64,000 nucleotides of DNA, from positions 46,347 to 110,346 of IMG/VR virus record IMGVR_UViG_3300035497_000258, one strand, 5' to 3'. Origin of the DNA: a virus (taxonomy: Duplodnaviria > Caudoviricetes). Shown one piece after another: positions 54,927-64,000 of this stretch. Each line of letters begins with the position of its first letter. The first letter of the stretch is position 1. The position numbers and the translations under genes are program-made. Under the pieces are notes generated by a model, which saw nothing but the letters and a program-made list of their open reading frames with translations, was not told the origin of the DNA and did no database searches.

Positions 54927-55226
54927 ATGGACGCTAAGATTTATCTCGATTACGCACACAAGATTATTGAGTATACCGATTATCTTGACAAGATTAGTGA
55001 AGTTCTTTATCCTGCCGATCTTTATTACTCTCCATTCAATGATATCATCGACCCCGCTTGCGAAATGCTTGCGCGGCTGGTAGATCTTGAGGGGATTGAA
55101 CTCGGAGATTGGACGTGCGCTTTTATGAACGTTGTTTTTAATAAGGACGAGCTGAGTGATACTAAGCTGCTTAGTCTAACTGACCCAGAGGAAGCTAAGG
55201 TTTTGATTGATAGATATTGTCATTAA
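54927..55226 (+). CDS. Hypothetical protein
   Basis: GGAGG RBS; terminator follows. Confidence 0.65.
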   Translation: MDAKIYLDYAHKIIEYTDYLDKISEVLYPADLYYSPFNDIIDPACEMLARLVDLEGIELGDWTCAFMNVVFNKDELSDTKLLSLTDPEEAKVLIDRYCH

Positions 55227-55296
55227 GGGAGCTACGGCTCCCTTTTATTTTTTTATAATAAAAATGTTATAATAAAATAAAAAGGAAATAATAAAT

Positions 55297-55776
55297 ATGT
55301 TAGGAATAATTTTAGTAATTTTAATTTCAGCAGGCATAATTGGTATTATTCTTTTCGCTAATGCTTGCTCAAACGATAAAGTAAAATTTATAGAAAAAAG
55401 AAAAATAAAAAAACGTTATTATGAATGTTTATATGATGGACCAACTATCACATATGAAATATTTAAAGATTTGTATGAAGTAAATCCAAATAGATGGGAA
55501 CTTCCTCGTGATTTTCAGTGGAGATATAGAGAAGATAACTTCGAGAGTCATTATGTTAGAATGAGCTTTGAAGATTTTTTAGCTACTAGAAGATTAGTTA
55601 AACATAAAAAAGCACTTGAAACTCAAGCTAAGAATAATGAGGCAATGATTGCTATTTATAAATCTGTACAACGTGATATCGAGAGGCTGCATGAACAAGC
55701 TAAAGAAGAAATTCAAACTAGTGGTGATAAGATCGTTGAGATTGCAGAAAGGATTGAGAATAGATGCAAGGAGTAA
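55297..55776 (+). CDS. Membrane-anchored hypothetical protein
   Basis: N-terminal TM segment; C-terminal coiled coil. Confidence 0.65.
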   Translation: MLGIILVILISAGIIGIILFANACSNDKVKFIEKRKIKKRYYECLYDGPTITYEIFKDLYEVNPNRWELPRDFQWRYREDNFESHYVRMSFEDFLATRRLVKHKKALETQAKNNEAMIAIYKSVQRDIERLHEQAKEEIQTSGDKIVEIAERIENRCKE

Positions 55777-56099
55777 CTATTCTAAATGAATTTAGTATTA
55801 TCGCTGAACGTAATTGGACTGTAGCAACATTCATAGGATTTATAATTATTATACTTATGATATGTGCGGTTGGAACTATAGCAGTAACTTCCCTTGGAGG
55901 TGTAGGATACGTATTACTTTTATGCTCTGCAATTTTTGGTTTTTTTGGTATTCAAGCTATTGGGTACTTAACTAGTGAGCCAGTATATGAGACTCATTAT
56001 CAAGTGATGATAGATGATTCAGTTTCTATGATTGATTTTTCAAATAGATATGAAGTATTAGAACAACAGGGTAAGATATTTATCGTGAAAGATAAGTGA
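55764..56099 (+). CDS. Membrane protein with two TM segments
   Basis: Two hydrophobic stretches. Confidence 0.6.
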   Translation: MQGVTILNEFSIIAERNWTVATFIGFIIIILMICAVGTIAVTSLGGVGYVLLLCSAIFGFFGIQAIGYLTSEPVYETHYQVMIDDSVSMIDFSNRYEVLEQQGKIFIVKDK

Positions 56100-56159
56100 T
56101 TTTATTTTATAGAAAAAATATAGTATTATATCTATAGAAAGTTAAAGGAGAAAGAAGAA

Positions 56160-56759
56160 ATGACTTGCATTGTTGGATTTACAGATAAAGAAACTAATCA
56201 GGTTTGGATAGGCGGAGATGCCTTAGGTAGTAATGGTTATACTAAAGACGTACAAGCTTTGCCAAAAGTATTTAGACATGATACATTTAAAAATGTCATT
56301 ATGGGAAGCACAGGGTCGTTTCGCCATATGGATTTGTTAAAGTATAGTGAAAAACTTTTTCCTGAAATTGATTGGTATAAAGGAAAAGATATTGACCATA
56401 AATATATGGTTAAAACTTTTATTCCTAATCTAATAACTTTATTTCAAGAAAATATTATTGATAAGCCTAGCGAAGAACGAGGTGGAAACTTCCTCCTTGG
56501 AGTAGAAGATAAGCTATTTGAAATTCAAAGTGATTATTCTGTTTTGCGATCGAATTCTGGATTTGCGGCGGTTGGTTGTGGTGAAAATGCAGCACTAGCA
56601 AGTCTAATTACTACGACAAAGCATTTTAAAGATAAGCTAACTCCAGTTGAACATATTACTTACGCTCTTGAAGCAGCAGAAGAGCTATGTGAGGGAGTAC
56701 AACGTCCTTTTTGTATTTTAAGCACGAATCAAGAAGTAGAACCAATTATTATTGTTTGA
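56160..56759 (+). CDS. HslV/proteasome-beta-like Ntn-hydrolase
   Basis: N-terminal (M)TCIVG nucleophile Thr, GGD, K, AVGCG motifs. Confidence 0.75.
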   Translation: MTCIVGFTDKETNQVWIGGDALGSNGYTKDVQALPKVFRHDTFKNVIMGSTGSFRHMDLLKYSEKLFPEIDWYKGKDIDHKYMVKTFIPNLITLFQENIIDKPSEERGGNFLLGVEDKLFEIQSDYSVLRSNSGFAAVGCGENAALASLITTTKHFKDKLTPVEHITYALEAAEELCEGVQRPFCILSTNQEVEPIIIV

Positions 56760-56775
56760 GAAAGGATTGATGGTT

Positions 56776-57549
56776 ATGAAGAATTTTCACTCTGATGAAT
56801 GGATTATGGCTCGCATGGAAGAAATTTATGCGCTGTGCGCGGACCGCTGCGTAAAAGAGAATAACATCGTAGGGCTGTTCTACTACGGCTCTGGCAACTA
56901 TGGGCTTGATACTGAGCAGTCCGATGTTGATACTGTTCTTCTTGTAACTCCTACTCTTGACCAGCTTATCAATGGTGAGATGGTTACTTATGAAACTACC
57001 ACCAATGATACGTGGCATATCGTGGTTAAGGACATTAGACTTTGGTATCAGAGTCTTACGAAGCCGAGTATCTCGATTCTTGAAACTTTGTTCACGGATT
57101 ATAAAATCGTGAATCCTAAGTATAAGGATGAATGGGACCTACTCACCGCCGCACGCGAAGATCTTGTAAGACTTCATCCTCTTGCTTTAGCCAACAATAT
57201 TCGAGGTATGGCCAAGAATGAGCATAAGAGAATCCGTGATGGAAGAGAAGATTATTCCAAGTGTCTCAGCCATCTGTTCCGACTTGAATATCTTCTGCTG
57301 AATTACATGGCTACTAAGAACTATGAGGCTTCTTTGAAGGAAATTCCTTGGACCCAGGTTAAAGAAGCAAAAGAAGGAAAATGGAATTTGGAAGAAGCTA
57401 AAGCTATGGCAGATATGATTATGCCTACCTTTACTCTTTTTAAAAGTTATTTTCCTGTGGAACCTAGCAACCAGAACTTGAGAAAAGATTATCGAGAAGT
57501 CGTAAACTATATGGTGCGGAAGTGCGTTAAGGAGGAAGCTAATGGATAA
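56776..57549 (+). CDS. Pol-beta-superfamily nucleotidyltransferase
   Basis: YGSGNYGLDTEQSDVDT motif; KDIR; LETLFT. Confidence 0.8.
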   Translation: MKNFHSDEWIMARMEEIYALCADRCVKENNIVGLFYYGSGNYGLDTEQSDVDTVLLVTPTLDQLINGEMVTYETTTNDTWHIVVKDIRLWYQSLTKPSISILETLFTDYKIVNPKYKDEWDLLTAAREDLVRLHPLALANNIRGMAKNEHKRIRDGREDYSKCLSHLFRLEYLLLNYMATKNYEASLKEIPWTQVKEAKEGKWNLEEAKAMADMIMPTFTLFKSYFPVEPSNQNLRKDYREVVNYMVRKCVKEEANG

Positions 57550-58045
57550 TTATATCTACGTCAATGGGCGGAAGCGTTATCTGAGCAATGAAGAAGCAAA
57601 TCATCTGGAGAGTATTTACTTCAAAAATGAGTTTGATAGACAGTCAGACGATCTATTTTACTTCATTGATATTGATGGTGAAGTGGCCGAAGAAGGAGAT
57701 TGCAACTCTACATTTGAGGATAGTCTATATGCAGTAGGAAATTACTGTACTAATGAAGCTATGATGGTTCAGCAAAGCTATCGAGAAATTCTGCGGAGGC
57801 TGCTGTGGCGATACACTATGCAGTATGAAGGAGATAAGATTGAGCTGACGAGAGATGAAGCTGTTTTTATCATTTGTTTTTCTGATAATGAATTTAGCGT
57901 TAAATGTCTCGCGGCAGGAGAGACTGAACAAGTTCCTTTTCTTTCTATTGTTTTTATTGATAGAGTTACTGCTCTTGGAGCAATAAGAGAAGTTGTGATG
58001 CCTTTTATTAACCAGCATCCCGATTTTGATTGGAGGGTAATGTAA
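57542..58045 (+). CDS. Hypothetical protein
   Basis: GGAGG RBS; overlaps the upstream gene. Confidence 0.65.
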   Translation: MDNYIYVNGRKRYLSNEEANHLESIYFKNEFDRQSDDLFYFIDIDGEVAEEGDCNSTFEDSLYAVGNYCTNEAMMVQQSYREILRRLLWRYTMQYEGDKIELTRDEAVFIICFSDNEFSVKCLAAGETEQVPFLSIVFIDRVTALGAIREVVMPFINQHPDFDWRVM

Positions 58046-58046
58046 T

Positions 58047-59339
58047 ATGTATTGCGCATACGTGACTACTTTAAAGAATGTGCGGAAGGCCGAGAATAGT
58101 GACCGTTTGTATCTCGCTGAATGTTACGGCGAGGGCGTTATCGTAGGTCCTGATTCTGTTGATGGTGATAAGGTACTTTATCTTCCGCAGGATGGACAGA
58201 TTGAGCGATGGTTTGGAGACGCCTTCAAGCTTTTCCGCAAGAATATGGATGGTAGTATCCAAGGTGGATATATCGAGAATAATGGTCATATTAGAGCAAT
58301 TAAGCTGAGAGGAAACCGCTCGGAAGGTATTGTTATTCCTATCTCTAAAATTTATAGTGTATTTGGCTATCAGAATTGGAATGATGGACAAGAAGTAACC
58401 TCTATCTTTGTGGATGGGAAAGAAAAGCGATTCTGTAAAAAGTATATTCCTAAGCAAACTGATGTTTATCATGGGGCTAAGAAAACTTCTTATAAGGGCC
58501 GCAAAGCTGAAGGTATCATTTATCCTGAGTTCTCTATGCACTCTGACACTCAACAGTTAGCTTATAATATGGATGCTTTTAAGCCTGGTGATAAGATTAA
58601 TATTACTTTGAAGATGCACGGCACTAGCCAGCGTTCTATGATGACTTATGGTGAGCTTCCTAATAATTGGTTCCGCAGATTATTTCATATGAAGAAAAAG
58701 ACTAAGCCTGCTTATGTGCTTGGTACTAGACGTACTGTTATTCATGAAAATTCTACTGGGTACTATGGAACTGATACTTTTAGATTTCCTCACCATGAAG
58801 CATTGGCGCCTTTTATGCAGGACTCACTTGAGGTATACTATGAAGTAGTTGGATATTATGGGCCTCAAGAAACGCAAACTATTATGCCTATTTGTGATAA
58901 TGCAAAAATCAATGATAAAAATTTCGTAAAGCAATATGGGGATACCACCACTTTTAACTATGGTTGTACTCCCGGTCACTCTGCGATGTGGATTTACCGT
59001 ATTACTTCTGATAATGGACGCAAGGAATGGACGCCTGATGAAATTACTGAATGGTGTAATATTCATAACTTTAATCGAGTTCCTGTAGTGGATGATTTCG
59101 AGTTTACTACCGCCGAAGACCTGCAGAACCGCATTAACGCATATTTTGAAGATTTGACTGATCCTATCGGCAAGACTCATATCAAAGAAGGCGTAGTAGT
59201 TAGAATTGTAAACCGACCTCGGTTTGAAGCTTATAAGTCTAAGACCGTAGAATTTAAGATTCTGGAAGGTTTAATTAAGGATAGCGCCAAAGCACCCGAT
59301 ATGGAAGAAGCACAAGAGTTGGAGGTGAATGATAATTAA
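58047..59339 (+). CDS. ATP-dependent RNA ligase (Rnl2/DRB0094-like) with an N-terminal tRNA-binding-type OB domain
   Basis: NSDRL...KLRGNRSEG N-terminal domain; motif I TLKMHGTS, YYEVVG, EGVVVR, YKSK. Confidence 0.8.
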   Translation: MYCAYVTTLKNVRKAENSDRLYLAECYGEGVIVGPDSVDGDKVLYLPQDGQIERWFGDAFKLFRKNMDGSIQGGYIENNGHIRAIKLRGNRSEGIVIPISKIYSVFGYQNWNDGQEVTSIFVDGKEKRFCKKYIPKQTDVYHGAKKTSYKGRKAEGIIYPEFSMHSDTQQLAYNMDAFKPGDKINITLKMHGTSQRSMMTYGELPNNWFRRLFHMKKKTKPAYVLGTRRTVIHENSTGYYGTDTFRFPHHEALAPFMQDSLEVYYEVVGYYGPQETQTIMPICDNAKINDKNFVKQYGDTTTFNYGCTPGHSAMWIYRITSDNGRKEWTPDEITEWCNIHNFNRVPVVDDFEFTTAEDLQNRINAYFEDLTDPIGKTHIKEGVVVRIVNRPRFEAYKSKTVEFKILEGLIKDSAKAPDMEEAQELEVNDN

Positions 59340-59817
59340 AAATATAAATACAGATTATATTTTAATTATTATTGTATGGGCTATAGTATTAATTGCTGTA
59401 GTAATGTTATTCGTAAGCGGAGAAAATTCTGATTCGGCGCCCGCAAACTTCGCTTTAAATGAAACATCAACCACTAGGTCTTATAACCTTACAGCTACGG
59501 CCGCAGAAGAGTTTACAACTTACTCACAGTATGCTGCCCCAGCAGAAGGATATGAAGTAGAAAGAATCTACTTCGTATTTGATAATACAAGTGAATCTTC
59601 TATTAACATTGGCAGTCTTGACTTCTCTTGCTATGCAGATGATATAATGTGTGAAAACTGGGTGTTCGGGAATGAGGAAGATGCGTTTCCTATAGGGACT
59701 GAATGTAAATCGGGAGAGACTGTAGAGGGATGGATTTACTTTACTGTGCCTTCTGATTTTCAGAAATGTATTATCGAGTTTTTGAATACTACTAAGTTTG
59801 TTATTGGAGGAAACTAA
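59329..59817 (+). CDS. Membrane-anchored DUF4352-like protein
   Basis: N-terminal TM segment; GETVEGWIYFTVP motif. Confidence 0.6.
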   Translation: MIIKNINTDYILIIIVWAIVLIAVVMLFVSGENSDSAPANFALNETSTTRSYNLTATAAEEFTTYSQYAAPAEGYEVERIYFVFDNTSESSINIGSLDFSCYADDIMCENWVFGNEEDAFPIGTECKSGETVEGWIYFTVPSDFQKCIIEFLNTTKFVIGGN

Positions 59818-60044
59818 TGATTTTTGCTACTATTGTTGTTATTGCAGTAATTATTTATTGTTTGTTCTATGAGAAACTTAATACTCCATTGTTTTTTGTT
59901 GTTGGCTGGAGTATCGTACTTGCGTGTGATATTATTGCAATTATAATGGGGATTACTTGCACTTGGGATCTAGCTATTGGGCCTGTTATTTGTCTTGTTC
60001 TTGAAAGTTTTAATATATATTTTAGTAATAAATCTAATAAATAA
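59817..60044 (+). CDS. Small membrane protein
   Basis: Mostly hydrophobic, 75 aa. Confidence 0.55.
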   Translation: MIFATIVVIAVIIYCLFYEKLNTPLFFVVGWSIVLACDIIAIIMGITCTWDLAIGPVICLVLESFNIYFSNKSNK

Positions 60045-60140
60045 GATTAAAAGCTCTCTTTGGCTAGAGAGCTTTTATTTATTTTTAATAAAATTTATAT
60101 TATAATATCTATAGGAAGTTAAGGAAAGGATTGATTGAAA

Positions 60141-60509
60141 ATGATGAAGATGTGGATTGATGATGTGCGGCCTGCTCCTAAAGGTTATCGCTGGATTAAG
60201 ACTGTTAATGAAGCTAAGATGCGCTTCAAAGGAATGGCTCGCTTCGAGAAGTACTACGATGAAAATCATCAACTCTGCTACATTAAGAAATTTAATGTAG
60301 AGGTAATTGATATTGACCATGATGCTGGTGATTATGGTTCTCCGGCCGATGGAGGAGATTATATTGAGTTTCTTAACTGGCTCGAATATAATGCTCATGT
60401 CAATGATTGAATTATTCCACCTATCAAAATCCATAGCATGAACCCAGTTGGTGCACAGAAGATGAGGGCTATCATCAAGGCAAATGGTTGGACTGAAAGA
60501 ATTGATTGA
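60141..60509 (+). pseudogene. Cyclic-phosphate-processing receiver-like domain protein with an internal in-frame TGA
   Basis: WIDDVRPAP...DIDHDAG...D-TGA-IIPPIKIHSMNPVG: conserved-looking motif continues past the TGA at 60408-60410. Confidence 0.55.
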
Positions 60510-60523
60510 AAGGATTGGTACTT

Positions 60524-61108
60524 ATGAAATATGTAATTTATTTTCCTTCTTCTAAGACTTACTACGCCCAAGACAGCAAAGGAGCATTAGTATTCGCTGC
60601 TAGTATTGAGTCTGCTGCTAAGTTTAGTAATGCTAATTATGCAGAAAGAGAGAAAGAAATTCGGCTGAATAAAGGAGAATCTTCTTTTGAAGAAGCGCAG
60701 ATTATTCCTTACGATTCAAGCCTTCCTCAAACAGAAGAAGAAGTTGCAGATATTGAAGCTAAGTTTGATAACTTGCTTGATGCAGCAAACGCTTTTTCTA
60801 AGAGCACTAAAAACCTTAAGTCTTTAAAGGCTTATTATACTATGAAGCTAAGTGAATATGACAAGATGCAAGAAGATATCCTTCATAAAATCGAGTTTGA
60901 AGAGATGGTAGGCTTACGAGCTATTTGTTTGATGAAACAACTGAAAGAAGTCAGAGAAAAGCGAAGAGAAATTAAAGACAAATTTACTCTTATTACAACG
61001 CTTGAAAAAGCTGGAGCTATTAACGTAGCTAATCTGATTGATAAATATAACAGCAATCTTGAAACTAGAACTTACTCGCCTAGAGTATTAAAGGAGTTAT
61101 TTGAATAA
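60524..61108 (+). CDS. Coiled-coil hypothetical protein
   Basis: GAAAGGATTG RBS; EDILHKIE...RREIKD...YSPRVLKELF. Confidence 0.65.
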   Translation: MKYVIYFPSSKTYYAQDSKGALVFAASIESAAKFSNANYAEREKEIRLNKGESSFEEAQIIPYDSSLPQTEEEVADIEAKFDNLLDAANAFSKSTKNLKSLKAYYTMKLSEYDKMQEDILHKIEFEEMVGLRAICLMKQLKEVREKRREIKDKFTLITTLEKAGAINVANLIDKYNSNLETRTYSPRVLKELFE

Positions 61109-61125
61109 TAGAAAGGATTGATAAA

Positions 61126-61764
61126 ATGAGTGTTTATGCAGTATCAGATCTCCATGGCCGATATGATATTTATTTGAAGATTTGTGAACTTCTTAACCCC
61201 GAAGATAAAGTTTGTTTTCTTGGGGACGCCGCAGATAGAGGTCTTGATGGTTGGAAGTTGATTAAAGCTATTTATAATAATCCTCAATGGATTTATGTTA
61301 AAGGCAACCACGAACAAATGTTAGAAGATGCAATGAGAAATGATTGCGAACTTCCTTTACTCCAATGGAACGGCGGGAGTATCACTTATGCGGAATGGCA
61401 GAAAGAAGGCGCCGATGAGTCTTGGATTAAAAAACTTGAAGAGCTTCCTCTTAGTGTTGAGCATTTTAGCGAAACTGGACATATGATTTTATTAAATCAT
61501 TCTGGCTGTGAGAGTGAAGATCCAGAAGAAGTTCTTTGGGATAGACATAATTTCTTAGAAGAGCCGATTGGCTATGACATTATTGTACATGGACATACTC
61601 CAGTTCAAGAAATGGAAGGATATATCGGTAAGAAGTTAGAAAATCTCGGCCCTATGTGGTATTGCAACGGCCATAAAATTGATATTGATATTGCGAGTGC
61701 GTATACTGGAAAAGCTGTCTTGTTTAACCTTGATACTTTTGAATCTCGCGTAGTAGGAGGTTAA
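61126..61764 (+). CDS. Calcineurin-like metallophosphoesterase (Ser/Thr phosphatase-like)
   Basis: SDLHG, GDAADRG, GNHE, HGHTP motifs. Confidence 0.88.
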   Translation: MSVYAVSDLHGRYDIYLKICELLNPEDKVCFLGDAADRGLDGWKLIKAIYNNPQWIYVKGNHEQMLEDAMRNDCELPLLQWNGGSITYAEWQKEGADESWIKKLEELPLSVEHFSETGHMILLNHSGCESEDPEEVLWDRHNFLEEPIGYDIIVHGHTPVQEMEGYIGKKLENLGPMWYCNGHKIDIDIASAYTGKAVLFNLDTFESRVVGG

Positions 61765-61772
61765 ACAAAAGG

Positions 61773-62039
61773 ATGAAAATGTGTGTACATGATTTATATT
61801 GTTTAAATTGCGGGAACCGCAGCTTACCGGTGTATAGAAATCGAGGTAGCTTTCGGGAGAAATTCCATAGAAAGAAATTATATTGTCCTAATTGCAAGGC
61901 AGCGTGTAATCACGTAGAAATTAAAAATAGCAAAGAACTCTTAGAGTTTAAGAAGAATTTTGAAGCGGGAGAATTTAAAGAAGAAGCTGCCGCATCTATT
62001 TTAGAAGTTGAAAGAGAGGAATCTATTTATGACTTATGA
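61773..62039 (+). CDS. Small Zn-ribbon protein
   Basis: CLNC...KKLYCPNC. Confidence 0.6.
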   Translation: MKMCVHDLYCLNCGNRSLPVYRNRGSFREKFHRKKLYCPNCKAACNHVEIKNSKELLEFKKNFEAGEFKEEAAASILEVEREESIYDL

Positions 62040-62532
62040 GATTATTATGATGTGCGGAATTCCTGCTTCTGGCAAGTCTACATGGGCTAACAAGCAAGCG
62101 GAGCTTCATAGAAGAGATGGAGATACTGCGGTAGTAATTTCTCGAGATGAATTCCGTAAAGAGCTTATTGGTGAAGATACGGAGAATTATTTCTCCAGAG
62201 AAGAAGAAGTATTTAATAACTTTATTGATAGAATTAATTCTTCTATTAAGGAAGGTGTAAAGTATATCTTTGTCGATGCGACTCATGTAAGTCATGCTTC
62301 TCGCCACAAACTGCTTTCTCGTATTAAGATTGAAGGAAATATCATGCTGCGGGTCGCGGTAATGCTTACTAGCTATGAAAGTGCAGTCCAGCGTAATGCA
62401 GAACGATCTGGTTTCGCGCACGTACCCGATTCCGCTATTGAATCTATGTTTGATAATTTTTCTTATCCTACTGTTCCTGAATTGATTGGTTATGGTTTTA
62501 GATCTGTATTGATTGAGAGGTTTGAGAATTGA
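62029..62532 (+). CDS. Polynucleotide-kinase-like P-loop protein (AAA_33)
   Basis: GIPASGKST, SRDEFR, DATH, RNAER. Confidence 0.8.
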   Translation: MTYEIIMMCGIPASGKSTWANKQAELHRRDGDTAVVISRDEFRKELIGEDTENYFSREEEVFNNFIDRINSSIKEGVKYIFVDATHVSHASRHKLLSRIKIEGNIMLRVAVMLTSYESAVQRNAERSGFAHVPDSAIESMFDNFSYPTVPELIGYGFRSVLIERFEN

Positions 62533-63098
62533 GTATTTGGGTTACTTCTGATTGGCATTTTAACCATGATAAAAGTTTTATCTGGGAAGCAAGAGGATTT
62601 GAATCAGTAGAAGAAATGAATCAAGAAATCGTGCGGCGGCACAATGAGTTAGTGCGGCCGGAGGATACTGTTTATGTGCTAGGTGATTTGTGTCTTAGTA
62701 CCGACATTGAAGGTAATAAAAACCTAATTGAAAGTATGAACGGTAAATTGCATATTATTGTAGGAAACCATGATACTATTAAACGGCAAGAAATGTATGA
62801 AACTTGTTCCAATGTATCTTATATTTCTCATAGTTACCTAATGTATAAATCTAAACCTATGATTCTATTCAGCCATTTTCCTACTCTTGTTTCCAATATA
62901 GATGATTATAAGAAATCCTTTAAAACTAGAATTTTGAATATTTGTGGTCATACTCATACTCCGAATAGATTCTCCGATTGGAATAAAGGGATGATTTATC
63001 ATGCAGATATGGAGGCACATGACTGTAGACCTATTGAATTAGATGAAATTATAAAGGAGTGCAAAGAAGCATGGAACCCAGAATTTATAAGAATTTAA
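62529..63098 (+). CDS. Metallophosphoesterase
   Basis: SDWHFNH, LGD, GNHD, SHFP, GHTH motifs. Confidence 0.85.
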   Translation: MSIWVTSDWHFNHDKSFIWEARGFESVEEMNQEIVRRHNELVRPEDTVYVLGDLCLSTDIEGNKNLIESMNGKLHIIVGNHDTIKRQEMYETCSNVSYISHSYLMYKSKPMILFSHFPTLVSNIDDYKKSFKTRILNICGHTHTPNRFSDWNKGMIYHADMEAHDCRPIELDEIIKECKEAWNPEFIRI

Positions 63099-63943
63099 AC
63101 TTAGAAAGAGTTTTTATTAGAGATAAAGATTTCAGCTATGCTCGGTTCGAAGATTGTGAATTTAAGAATATTATTGTCTCTGATGTAAAATTCGAGAATT
63201 GTGTTTTTGTTAATTGCGTATTTTATGGAGATTCTAGCTTTTATAATTGTACGCTAGATACAGTATTTTTCTTAAATTCTAGTATTGAATATTCTAGTAT
63301 TAAAAAGATGTGTTTCTATAATTGCATTTTCTGTAAGACTGATTTTACAGCTTGTATTATTAAAGGCGTATTCTTTCAGAAAGATTGTGCTTGTATCCAT
63401 TGTGATATTCAAGATAATGATTTCTTGGAAGCTGAAATAAGAATTAAATTTGATAGCTGTACTATTTATAGCAATTTTTATACTTGTAATTTTCTGTATT
63501 CTAAGTTTACTGCAAATAATGTTATAAATATTTATGATTTTTATCATAATTATAATTGTGGTTCATTTGAATCTATAGAGCCTCATAACCTATTTTTAAG
63601 ACCTGGTATAGATTGTCCTTCCGAGGGCTCTTATATTGCTTTTAAGAAAGTTTGGAGTAAAAATGGACGGTCTGCGATTGCAAAGCTAGAAATTCCTGCA
63701 GATGCAAAGCGGAGTTCTGCAGGAGGACCTAAATGTAGAGCAAGTAAAGCTAAAGTTCTGTCTATTGTTGATAAAGATTGTCCTAATATATACTATGATA
63801 AAGCTTTTAGTCAGTATAATGTATCTTTTATTTATCGGGTTGGAGAAACAGTGGAAGTAAAGGATTTCGATGACAATAGATGGGAAGAGTGCGCGCCCGG
63901 TATCCATCATTTTCTGGATAAATATAACGCATTAAACTATTGA
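63071..63943 (+). CDS. Pentapeptide-repeat protein with a C-terminal DUF5758-like domain
   Basis: F-x-x-C-x periodic repeats; KLEIPADAKRSSAGGPKCRASKAKV...ECAPGIHHF. Confidence 0.75.
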   Translation: MEPRIYKNLNLERVFIRDKDFSYARFEDCEFKNIIVSDVKFENCVFVNCVFYGDSSFYNCTLDTVFFLNSSIEYSSIKKMCFYNCIFCKTDFTACIIKGVFFQKDCACIHCDIQDNDFLEAEIRIKFDSCTIYSNFYTCNFLYSKFTANNVINIYDFYHNYNCGSFESIEPHNLFLRPGIDCPSEGSYIAFKKVWSKNGRSAIAKLEIPADAKRSSAGGPKCRASKAKVLSIVDKDCPNIYYDKAFSQYNVSFIYRVGETVEVKDFDDNRWEECAPGIHHFLDKYNALNY

Positions 63944-63947
63944 TATA

Positions 63948-63978
63948 ACCCCTGGAGGTATAATACCTTCAGGGGTTT
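63948..63978 (+). terminator. Intrinsic terminator
   Basis: AACCCCTG(G)AGGTA...TACCTTCAGGGGTT hairpin. Confidence 0.6.
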
Positions 63979-64000
63979 CGTTGTATTAAGTTATGCTCCG

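Noticed and set aside
60141-60509. Genome-wide TGA reassignment
   Set aside because: Many genes clearly end at TGA and no TCA-anticodon tRNA is present; this is an isolated case.

Overview
This is a 64-kb segment of a large tailed dsDNA phage. Its SD sequences and sigmaA-type promoters suggest a Firmicutes host (inference). (1) 1-18.3 kb, minus strand: a virion morphogenesis operon encoding terminase, portal, protease/scaffold, capsid, neck, tail tube and the start of a probable tape measure protein. The ORF track fragments these genes because TAG is read as a sense codon, most likely Gln (code 15). The large terminase is split by three ORF-less group I introns and the tail tube gene by a fourth; a free-standing GIY-YIG endonuclease follows terL. 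(2) 18.3-31.8 kb: a repeat-rich non-coding strand-switch region, then small early-type genes in the standard code. These are separated by strong promoters, GCACAA/TTGTGC boxes and ORF-less promoter-hairpin-antipromoter cassettes. (3) 31.8-37.5 kb: HTH/RHH and Rep-like genes, large hairpins and iteron-like repeats. (4) 43.5-50.5 kb: 11 tRNA or tRNA-like genes including an amber-reading CUA tRNA, three tRNA-linked ACAGCAA hairpins, and an embedded TAG-recoded tail-fibre-like cluster. (5) 50.6-64 kb: a radical SAM/SPASM enzyme whose CxxxCxxC motif is split by a mini-intein, next to a CxxC-repeat protein. Further on are a DUF2828/TROVE-like vWA protein, an HslV-like protease, a nucleotidyltransferase, an RNA ligase, a kinase and phosphoesterases, which together look like an RNA-repair kit. 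All family assignments come from motif recognition by eye, not from database searches.
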